Source of the DNA: a virus
Lineage: Duplodnaviria; Caudoviricetes
Strand: one strand, 5' to 3'
DNA length: 29,841 nucleotides
Virus record (IMG/VR): IMGVR_UViG_3300020420_000045
Coordinates: 1 to 29,841 of that record
A program made the position numbers and the translations under genes. The notes under the pieces are model-generated. The model ran no database searches and had not been told where the DNA came from. It saw only the letters and a program-made list of their open reading frames with translations. How positions within the stretch are numbered: the first letter of the stretch is position 1; each line of letters starts with the position of its first letter. Of this stretch, positions 6,631 to 14,900 are shown in pieces.

Positions 6631-6858
6631 TCGTTTTGGCCTAATTTCTGCAACAGCTATATCTAACGAATTTAGTCTTCCATAAATATCTCTCATATCA
6701 GCGTGCATATCATCCATCTTTTCTGATATTAATTCTACTTTGGTTAGTAAGCTAACTACATCTTCTCTATTTTTTTTGCCTCTATAGCTAAGTGAACCAG
6801 CAGAAACAAATACTGCTGTTAACACCGCGCCACCTGTTGCTGCAAGAAGTTCTACCAC
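6628..6858 (-). CDS. Membrane-anchored coiled-coil protein (possible lysis accessory)
   Basis: N-terminal hydrophobic helix followed by a heptad-like region. Confidence 0.65.
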   Translation of the reverse strand: MVELLAATGGAVLTAVFVSAGSLSYRGKKNREDVVSLLTKVELISEKMDDMHADMRDIYGRLNSLDIAVAEIRPKR

Positions 6859-6904
6859 TTTTCTGGTTTGTGTCTATAGTTATAGTATATATCATGTTAC
6901 TTGT

Positions 6905-7159
6905 ATGGAAGAACAACAAGAAAGCAAGATCGAAACTATTGTAAAAGTTTCAATTCTTATTTGGAGTGCTACGCTTCTGACATTAAGCTATATGGAACTT
7001 CCTAGTGGCAAAAAAATTGTAGATTTTGATCCAACTTTTATTGCTTCAATTTTTTCGGCATCTACAGCATCCCTGGGCTTAAGTATTGGCAAAAAAAGTA
7101 ATAATGGCAATACTCCCAAAATTGTGGATAATAAAGATAACAAAAACGTAACACAATGA
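6905..7159 (+). CDS. Small two-TM membrane protein (holin-like candidate)
   Basis: Two hydrophobic segments (ILIWSATLLTLSY; PTFIASIFSASTASLGL) and a charged tail. Confidence 0.65.
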   Translation: MEEQQESKIETIVKVSILIWSATLLTLSYMELPSGKKIVDFDPTFIASIFSASTASLGLSIGKKSNNGNTPKIVDNKDNKNVTQ

Positions 7160-7635
7160 AAAAATTTTTACCGCTTTTACTTTTACTGCCAACTGCAAGT
7201 TTTGCAGATATCACTTCATCAATCAGTTCAAGTATCCAACTAGAAGTCGCTGCACCCGGTACTACAGCAGATCGAATTGGAAATTCTTACTCTGTTTCTG
7301 GTACAGGTGTTACTACTACTGACGGAACAACGGCAGGGTCAGTGGGAGGTCTAGGAGCAGTGACTTCGGGGGTCAATGCTTATACAGCAATTACTGCATC
7401 ACAATTAACTGATGGCGAAAGTTTCACATATAACGTTTCTCACACTACTGGGGACACGATTGAAACATCTTTGACGGTAGGCGAGGTTAGCCCATTTGGA
7501 GATTTAACAAGTACTTCTGGAGGTACAGTAGGGGATTTAGATGGTACTGTTGACAATCATGTTATTTCAGTCACCGCTGGAGGGGCTGGTACTACAGCAA
7601 CAGCTTCTTATGTAACTTCTGTCACTTTGGATTAA
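7156..7635 (+). CDS. Secreted Ser/Thr/Gly-rich beta protein
   Basis: Signal peptide MKKFLPLLLLLPTASFA. Confidence 0.8.
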   Translation: MKKFLPLLLLLPTASFADITSSISSSIQLEVAAPGTTADRIGNSYSVSGTGVTTTDGTTAGSVGGLGAVTSGVNAYTAITASQLTDGESFTYNVSHTTGDTIETSLTVGEVSPFGDLTSTSGGTVGDLDGTVDNHVISVTAGGAGTTATASYVTSVTLD

Positions 7636-7644
7636 AAATGAGCT

Positions 7645-8067
7645 ATGCGGAAGCTTTTATTACTGTTTTTTATATATGCTTTACCAGCTAACGCAAATAT
7701 TGTCCCTAATTTTACAACCGGGACTATGTCGAGTACCACAAATACACAGACAACAATTACAGAATCAATTACTAGTAAAGATTATAAAACAGGATATGAA
7801 TATACCGTTACAGGTGTTGGTATTAGTGCAGATGGCGATATCTCGCCAGATGCAACTAACGTTACAGGAACAGTAGGAGGTCAAAGTTATACATGGAAAG
7901 GAGCAGATATGACAACAAAACCAGACTGGACACTAACAGATCCTACGTCAGGAGATGCCTTTCAATTCACAGAAAGTTATTCTGCGCCCGGTCTTCAGAA
8001 CGTCACGACTATAAATCGCACCATAGAAACAGAATCGGTAGTAACCTCTACATCTGTCTTTCAATAG
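7645..8067 (+). CDS. Secreted Thr-rich protein
   Basis: Signal peptide MRKLLLLFFIYALPANA, then IVPNFTTG..S. Confidence 0.8.
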   Translation: MRKLLLLFFIYALPANANIVPNFTTGTMSSTTNTQTTITESITSKDYKTGYEYTVTGVGISADGDISPDATNVTGTVGGQSYTWKGADMTTKPDWTLTDPTSGDAFQFTESYSAPGLQNVTTINRTIETESVVTSTSVFQ

Positions 8068-8699
8068 CTCTAATGCCTACAGGTGTTTTAGCTAATTCTG
8101 TAAGTCAATCAAATAGTGGAAGTGTAACTAATCAAAACTGGAATGTTAATAATGGAGGATTTCATACCAATCAATATGGAGGCGGTGTTGTTTGCCAAGG
8201 AGCAATGATGACCATTACTCCGTTCACTACATTCAATACAAATTATCGCAAGCCATATCGAGATTTTTATTACACCCCGGTGTACGATGAGACAGATATT
8301 GTTGGTGACTTTGATGATGACGGTAACCCTATAGGAGACGGAACGCCCGATAATCCTGGAGATATTCTTTTTTATCAACAAAACTATTCTGGTACTAATA
8401 AAGATAGTTTTGCACTTGGAACAGGTATCACATTAAATTTTAGTATTCCGTTAGATCGTCAATATACAAAACAATGCAAAGAAGCAGCGCAAGTACAAAA
8501 CGACTTAAACAAACAAAAGCTTAAGAACCTTGAGTTGGATTGGCATATGGCACGTTTACGTCATTGCGGAGAGAAAAAAATTGCCGGGATAGAATTTACA
8601 GCCGACTCTCCTTACTACAACTTATGTAAAGATATAAAAATCGTACCTAAAAAAGGTCAAGTTATTCCGCATCAACATTCTTTGACTTCCGAGAAGTAA
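7893..8699 (+). CDS. Secreted/envelope hypothetical protein; true start probably near 8030-8072
   Basis: Signal-like LYICLSIALMPTGVLA, then N.YGGGVVCQG, an acidic DFDDDG loop and a Cys-containing helical C-terminus. Confidence 0.7.
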   Translation: MERSRYDNKTRLDTNRSYVRRCLSIHRKLFCARSSERHDYKSHHRNRIGSNLYICLSIALMPTGVLANSVSQSNSGSVTNQNWNVNNGGFHTNQYGGGVVCQGAMMTITPFTTFNTNYRKPYRDFYYTPVYDETDIVGDFDDDGNPIGDGTPDNPGDILFYQQNYSGTNKDSFALGTGITLNFSIPLDRQYTKQCKEAAQVQNDLNKQKLKNLELDWHMARLRHCGEKKIAGIEFTADSPYYNLCKDIKIVPKKGQVIPHQHSLTSEK

Positions 8700-9315
8700 C
8701 TTTTTTTATAGCAGTCTTGATAAGGTTTTTGAGTAAATTAGCTATTATGGGACTTGTAGCAGCCGTAATTGCAATAAGGCTAGTGCTGATAATAAGAGGA
8801 GGAGATGGAATCCAACGGTCAATAAATCGACTTTCTTCGAATAAGGTAATACAGGTTTTGCCATCTTCTGAAATTTTATGACCTACAACCTTTTCTAACC
8901 TATCTTCTGATGCAAACATACCTACTCTTAAATCTTTGTCACCTGGGCATTTTATAAAAAACTCTTCTTCTTTTTTTTCTGGTAACTTAGGTGTTTCTTG
9001 GTTGTATTGAACTTGTTCTTCGTTATTAGTTTTTTTCTCTTCTTTTTTAGCTTCAGTAATTGTTATTCTCGTCCTGTCATACAATAATGGTTTAAATGTT
9101 GGCATTGAACCACTAGGACAAGAAATAACTGTACCTGTAGGATCATCTTCATATAATGCAGTATTTTTAGGCGAAGCATCTCTGTGATACCTTACACAAC
9201 CAGGTAATACAATAGACGGTAGTGGTATGTTTAAAACTTGGTATGGATTATGAGTTGGTACATTAATTTTTGGTATTTCTACCTTTGGTATATATATCTC
9301 AGGTATCTTTATCAT
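8662..9315 (-). CDS. Hypothetical protein with C-terminal membrane anchor
   Basis: Pro/Ile-rich N-terminus, paired cysteines, C-terminal TM and basic tail. Confidence 0.75.
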   Translation of the reverse strand: MIKIPEIYIPKVEIPKINVPTHNPYQVLNIPLPSIVLPGCVRYHRDASPKNTALYEDDPTGTVISCPSGSMPTFKPLLYDRTRITITEAKKEEKKTNNEEQVQYNQETPKLPEKKEEEFFIKCPGDKDLRVGMFASEDRLEKVVGHKISEDGKTCITLFEESRFIDRWIPSPPLIISTSLIAITAATSPIIANLLKNLIKTAIKKVTSRKSKNVDAE

Positions 9316-9520
9316 CTACATCTCCAATAGAAATAGACCAGTCATCTTCTCCAAATGTACCTTTTTCTATTACTTTAGGCTTTTTTATTTTTTTATCTAA
9401 CTCTTCATGATACTTTTTTATATCATTATCAAGTTCTAAATTAAACTTTTGCATTCGCATCCAATGAATAATTTTATCAATGTAATATTTCACAAGTTTT
9501 TTTAAAAATCCAAATATCAT
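9299..9520 (-). CDS. Hypothetical protein
   Basis: 73-aa ORF tightly packed in the minus-strand cluster. Confidence 0.65.
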   Translation of the reverse strand: MIFGFLKKLVKYYIDKIIHWMRMQKFNLELDNDIKKYHEELDKKIKKPKVIEKGTFGEDDWSISIGDVDDKDT

Positions 9521-9844
9521 TTATTGCTCCCATTTACCTTTTGTTTCCCATTCTATATATTGCCTGTTGCGTTGTTCTACAAGTTTCCAGAACCACGCAT
9601 TTGAGTCATCTGGATTAATTTTTGGCAAAGGTTTTAGTTTTTTTATCTGCTTTTCTAACTCATCAGCCACTAACCAATCCATATGTTTCATAACTTGTCC
9701 AAGTAACTGATTTTCAAAAGCTGGACTTTTCATGTATAAAAACACCATGAACCCCGATCCAAATGTAATTCCAGATGTAATTAATGCAAGAACAGCAATA
9801 AAACGAGTCCTTATACGACTTGATGTACGCTGTGATTCTGTCAT
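9521..9844 (-). CDS. Single-TM hypothetical protein
   Basis: Hydrophobic FIAVLALITSGITFGSGFMVFLY. Confidence 0.7.
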   Translation of the reverse strand: MTESQRTSSRIRTRFIAVLALITSGITFGSGFMVFLYMKSPAFENQLLGQVMKHMDWLVADELEKQIKKLKPLPKINPDDSNAWFWKLVEQRNRQYIEWETKGKWEQ

Positions 9845-10053
9845 AAGGGTAAAGATTTGCCTGTAAATTTAGGTATTTTATTTTCTATCAATTTTGGAAT
9901 TTTTTTCTCTATCTCTCCCATTAATTTATTTTTTACATTACGTTCAAATTCTGGACTTGTTACATATTTATATGTAAAGAATCCACCGCCTAAAATTCCT
10001 AAAACAAGAATTGTAGATAAGATTGTTAAAACGTCTAAAATTTTTCTATACAT
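9841..10053 (-). CDS. Single-TM hypothetical protein
   Basis: ILDVLTILSTILVLGILGGGFFTY; ATGA overlap with the next gene. Confidence 0.7.
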   Translation of the reverse strand: MYRKILDVLTILSTILVLGILGGGFFTYKYVTSPEFERNVKNKLMGEIEKKIPKLIENKIPKFTGKSLPL

Positions 10054-10188
10054 ATGTTTAGAGAAGCATTTTTAAAAGCATTAGTGCCAATGACTTTAAT
10101 TACATTTACAGCAATAATGGCATTATGTCCACTATATCTAACTATGAGTTTATTAACTAGACAACTCACAGAAAAAACTACCCCATAG
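10054..10188 (+). CDS. Small hydrophobic peptide (44 aa)
   Basis: MFREAFLKALVPMTLITFTAIMALCPLYLTMSLLTRQLTEKTTP fills the gap exactly. Confidence 0.5.
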   Translation: MFREAFLKALVPMTLITFTAIMALCPLYLTMSLLTRQLTEKTTP

Positions 10189-10447
10189 GAATAAATCTTG
10201 GGGGATTAGGTCTGTAATATTTTGGAGGAACACAAGGTCTTTTTAAACTGCATTTTTTGGGCTTTCTTGGCATACGGCATACAGTTACACCGCCACTCCC
10301 TTTGCATCTTTTCTTTTTCTTTGGTCTACCCTCTGGAAAATGATTTTTTGGTCTATTTGGATTACCTTCTGGAGATACACCAGCTTCAATGATTGTTGGG
10401 AATAATAACCCGATCAAAAGAAAAGTTGAAAATACTTTTTTTACCAC
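10178..10447 (-). CDS. Secreted basic Cys/Pro-rich peptide
   Basis: Signal peptide ending IEA; mature part K/R/P-rich with 4 Cys. Confidence 0.6.
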   Translation of the reverse strand: MVKKVFSTFLLIGLLFPTIIEAGVSPEGNPNRPKNHFPEGRPKKKKRCKGSGGVTVCRMPRKPKKCSLKRPCVPPKYYRPNPPRFIPMG

Positions 10448-10500
10448 AAAAATAATTAGTAAATATTTTTAATTATAATAATTAACTAATTTGCGTCAAA

Positions 10501-11088
10501 TTATGTTTCATTATTTTTATCTCCTATTATTACTTGACGCATACCTGAGAAAGGAGTAAACCATCCTGTCAGTATATATTTATCATTTTTTAAGGGAGGA
10601 TTTCCCCTGTGTATATGTGTCCAAGATCCTGGCCAAAGTAAAGCTGTATTTCTTTTTGGTTTCACTCTTTCTCTTTGATATAAAAACTCTGTTTCTCCAC
10701 CTTCTTCTACATCATTTAAATATATCATCCACACAACAGCCCTAGAAGTTTCGTAATACGATAAATTTTCACAATGCCATTCATGATATCCTTGTGAAGG
10801 AGAAGTTTTTTGTAATAAAGTACATGAACTTGTCCATTTCGGAAGTGAACTTAAATAAGGATATTTCTTTATATAACTAATTAAAGTTTTATGAATTAAT
10901 TGTTCATTAATCCATCTTGCTAAATCAGGAAAAAAAGGTTCAAGAACTACTTGTAAATCTTGTCTATAATGTTCAGTATTAAAATTATTATCAGTATAGT
11001 TTTTACTGCTATCAGCAATTTTTATAAGTTTATCAATATGTTCATCCTCTAAGACATTCTCAAACCGACAAAGAAAATTTTCCAACAT
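10501..11088 (-). CDS. 2OG-Fe(II) oxygenase (prolyl-4-hydroxylase-like)
   Basis: GYHEWHCE, WMIYLNDVEEGGETEF, WPGSWTHIHRG, KYILTGW. Confidence 0.92.
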   Translation of the reverse strand: MLENFLCRFENVLEDEHIDKLIKIADSSKNYTDNNFNTEHYRQDLQVVLEPFFPDLARWINEQLIHKTLISYIKKYPYLSSLPKWTSSCTLLQKTSPSQGYHEWHCENLSYYETSRAVVWMIYLNDVEEGGETEFLYQRERVKPKRNTALLWPGSWTHIHRGNPPLKNDKYILTGWFTPFSGMRQVIIGDKNNET

Positions 11089-11097
11089 AATTTAACT

Positions 11098-11472
11098 TTA
11101 TTCTGGTTTTGTAGGCCAAGTAACTGATGATAAATCTAACTCAAAATTTTCATCTAGTTTTGGTGTGGAATTAGCTGGTAAATCTCTTAATGCTTGTCTA
11201 TAAGTTTTCCATTCATTAGATATTGCAACTCCAGTTTCTTGTGATACGACAACCATCCAATCACTTTCAGAAATCAATTGATTTCTTTCATCACGCAATA
11301 ATTTCATTGGTTCTGCATTATCTAGTTCAGCAATTTTGTCGTTAACTTGTTTTTCTGTTGGCGGTGTTTGAGAACTATCTAACCATACAATGTCAGAATA
11401 CTCTGTGCCATCTATATTATATTGATAATCTGTCTCAAGTTGTTCTAATGCGTCAGCTATAGTGTATTTCAT
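11098..11472 (-). CDS. Tail fibre assembly chaperone-like protein
   Basis: LRDERNQLISESDW...WKTYRQALRDLP...WPTKP. Confidence 0.85.
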   Translation of the reverse strand: MKYTIADALEQLETDYQYNIDGTEYSDIVWLDSSQTPPTEKQVNDKIAELDNAEPMKLLRDERNQLISESDWMVVVSQETGVAISNEWKTYRQALRDLPANSTPKLDENFELDLSSVTWPTKPE

Positions 11473-11474
11473 GA

Positions 11475-11948
11475 TTAAGTAATAATTTCAATAGCCATAA
11501 GAGATGCGCCTTGTTCAACGGTTACACTTGTATTGTTACCGCCCCCAGATCTCTTTAATTTTAAACGATATGTAACATTATTACCACTATGATTTGTAGT
11601 ATCTATATACGCTTGACCTAATGGAGTAGTAAAAGTAGGGTTACCTTTGTTATGGAATTGTTCTTTTCCAACAGCACTATTTCCTCTAAAAATATTTGTG
11701 AAAGCGGAAGCTTGTTGCCCAGAACTGTTACCAGAACGTCTACCTAATGCAGCACCTACAGCAATCACTAGTATGTCTGAATTTGTTGTTACAGGGTTAA
11801 TAGTAACCTCTATTGCGGTCTGAAATGATGTTGAAGTTGTTGTAAAATCACTATTTCTACGAGTTTTTTCTGCTTTTACTAAAGCATCTTGATCACTAAA
11901 AGTAGGTAATGTTGCAATTGATGTACCATCACCAAAATGTATAGTCAT
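11475..11948 (-). CDS. Tail fibre-associated protein
   Basis: MTIHFGDGT N-terminus, beta-rich, located between fibre and chaperone. Confidence 0.6.
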   Translation of the reverse strand: MTIHFGDGTSIATLPTFSDQDALVKAEKTRRNSDFTTTSTSFQTAIEVTINPVTTNSDILVIAVGAALGRRSGNSSGQQASAFTNIFRGNSAVGKEQFHNKGNPTFTTPLGQAYIDTTNHSGNNVTYRLKLKRSGGGNNTSVTVEQGASLMAIEIIT

Positions 11949-11976
11949 AATAATTTTTCTTTTCTTTAATTATATC

Positions 11977-14900
11977 TTAAACAGGAATCATGGCTATTTT
12001 AAATTTTTTACCAGATCTGTTATTAATCATAAATATATCATTTTCTCCTTCTTGTAAAGTCCAATCTCCCCAAGTACCATCAACCGAGTTAGGATTTTCT
12101 GGATGGTTAGAAAAGTGCATATCGTTAACATATAAATTCTTCCACCTCAATGATGTAGAACCTAAATCATAAGCGTTATTTGTCCAAGGATATAAATGTT
12201 TTGACTTGTTACTGTTTGTTGTATCAGTTCTAAATACTTCTGTGCCATTTGAAAATAATCTTACATCAGCATCATCTTCACAAATAATTGAATTTTCGTC
12301 ATCTCTTGCCTGTATATAAATATTTGCGTTGTCGTTAGAGCCAGCATTTCTTATGTAAAGATGACTAGTATGATTATCAATGTAAGATTGACTCCCATTA
12401 TGATACAATCTCATATCTGCACCAGCCCCTAGACGGACTTCATAACTGTCTTGCCACTCTGTATGCCCAGTAACATTATCATTAGCATCTGATCTTATTA
12501 ATGTGCTGTAATCTGAAGCACCAGCTATTGTTCCACCAGTAAAGTTTCCAGAACCATTTATACCTTTAGTTGTACCATCAACAAAGAAACCAGCATCAGC
12601 CCTGATGTATCTTGGTGTATAAATATTCTTTGCTGTTTCTTGGTTAATTCTTAGCCATGTAGTATCTTCACAGCCAATCTCCCCCATTCTTGTAGTTCCG
12701 TTATAGAACTGAAGATGATCTGAAACATTGTTATCTGCTTTTTTAATATGTAATTCAGTTTGTGCAGAACCATCTCCAATCGTGAGAGTTCCTGTCATTG
12801 TGTCACTAGCATTTGACTTTAAAAAATTACCGCTAATTCTGGCATCAGGTATTGTTCCAGAGGTTAAAAGTGCTGCGGAATGATTAGGTAGTCTTGCTGC
12901 ATTAAGTGTTCCAGCGTTTATATTTCCAGCATTTCTGTAGTAAGAACCTTCTTGACCATCTAGTTTGTCTGAATCTAGACCACTACTAGAACCATCATTT
13001 CCAGCGTGCCAAACCTTGCTATTATTAACCCTTAGTTCTGCTGCTCCATCAAAATTGCATATATTGTCATTGTCATCATCAATTAAGATTAAAGTTAAAC
13101 CACTTTTAAAAATAATCCCTTCACCCGGATCGTTAAAAGCTAATGAATTTACACCAGTAATATCATAATTATTACCTGTAATTCCTCCATTAGCTAAATC
13201 CCCTACATTTATTCCATTACTAAATGTAGCAGCAGGGAAGTTCCATGTACTTGTATTAACATTTATACTTCCTAAATCTTTATTTCTTGCACCATCAACA
13301 CTTGTGTTCCAAAATCCATCAAATTCAATAGACTGACTAGAATCCCATCTTATTTTCATTCCGTATAAACTTTGCTCACCAATCCCTAAAAATGGTTGAG
13401 AATTTGTTGTACCACCCATCAGTTTTACACTTCTTGAGTCTCCAGAATCAACTATATGACCAGCTAAACTAAGTGTTCCTGTATAAGTATCATTAGCATC
13501 AGACCTTAAGAAACTACCAGAACCAATACCATCTAAAGTGTCGGCATCTAGTCCACTTCCATTGCCATCTACAGTTTTTATCTTAGTTAATAAATCTGAT
13601 GCCGATAACCTTGCTGCTGGTATTGTTCCACTAGCAAGATTAGAAGCATTAAGGTTTGATAATCCTGATCCACTTCCGTTAAAAATTTGAGCAGATATTG
13701 TTCCAGTAGAAGGTGTATAAGTTGCTCCCGAATTTGTATCTGCTTGTATAGTTACAGTTCCACTATCCGCACTAGCAAACACAATTCTTTTTGCACTACT
13801 GCCAGTACTATCATTACCAAGAACAAGACTAGCTGCTGACCCTGTTGTGTTTTGGTTAAGTGTTGCAACTCTAGCTGCTGCAAGTGTTCCAGCATTAATA
13901 TTTGATGCGTTTCTGTAATAAGACCCTTCTTCACCGTCTAATTTGTCAGCGTCCAAACCACTTCCACTTCCGTCATTACCTTGATGAAATACGGTATTTC
14001 CGTCAATTGTTATCGCTGTACCTGTTATAAGTGTCTGATTTGATGCTGTACCACCTTGCCAGTTTGCGTTAGCAGAATCAGGTGTATTAACACTTAGACC
14101 AGCTTCAGCATTTACATAAACATATTCTCCTGTTTGACCTGAGACTTTTCCGTTAGACTCACCAGCATTTAAAATTAACTGTTGTCCATTACCTGTTCTT
14201 ACTTCACTAGTTTGTACACGTGTAGCTGGTGTAATAATGTCAGGAATCCTTGCATCTGCTATTGTTCCTGTCAATTGACCAGCAGGGATATTTGTTAGTG
14301 AAGCACCAGAACCGCTAAAAGTTGTGGCTTTGGCAGTTCCAAATACTTCAAATTTTTCTGTATTGTTGGTATAACCACCAAAACGTGCGATTGCGGTGTA
14401 TGAATTAGCTGTACCATCAGAGGAATCTATATATAAAGGAATACCTCCACCTTTATCATCTTTTCTTATTCTTGTTCGATATCGACCATCTTCATAACCA
14501 GCATCAAACATTAAACCTTTAGTAGTATTAGTATTATCAATATCTCCAGTAACTATGCGAACATGACCTGTAAATTCAATATTTCCAGTAGCAGTATCAT
14601 TTGCATCAGACCTTAAGAAACTAGCACCTTCAATTCCATCAACAGTATCTGAGTCCAGCCCAGAGCCAGCACCATCTGAAGAAGATGTCCAAATTTCTGA
14701 CCATGCTCTTGTTCCACTATTATGTGTATTTCTTATATAAAATTTTTGATTGAAGAAATCACCAGCTATTTGCATTGAATAGTAATTAGTTGTATTACTA
14801 TGTGTACTTGCAATTAAGTGATACCAACCATTAGAAGTTACAGGCCAACCCTCACCAGTTGTAGCTGTAGAAGTCTCATAGAAGCCAGAATCAAATCTTG

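Noticed and set aside
8640-8680. Gapped match of unit 1 to the PKKGQVIPH codons
   Set aside because: Only 5 of 12 dinucleotides match, which is expected by chance.
3762-9900. ORFs 3762..4004, 4958..5170, 5879..6235, 7676..7876, 8109..8381, 9857..10075
   Set aside because: They overlap better-supported genes in another frame or strand and show no recognisable features.
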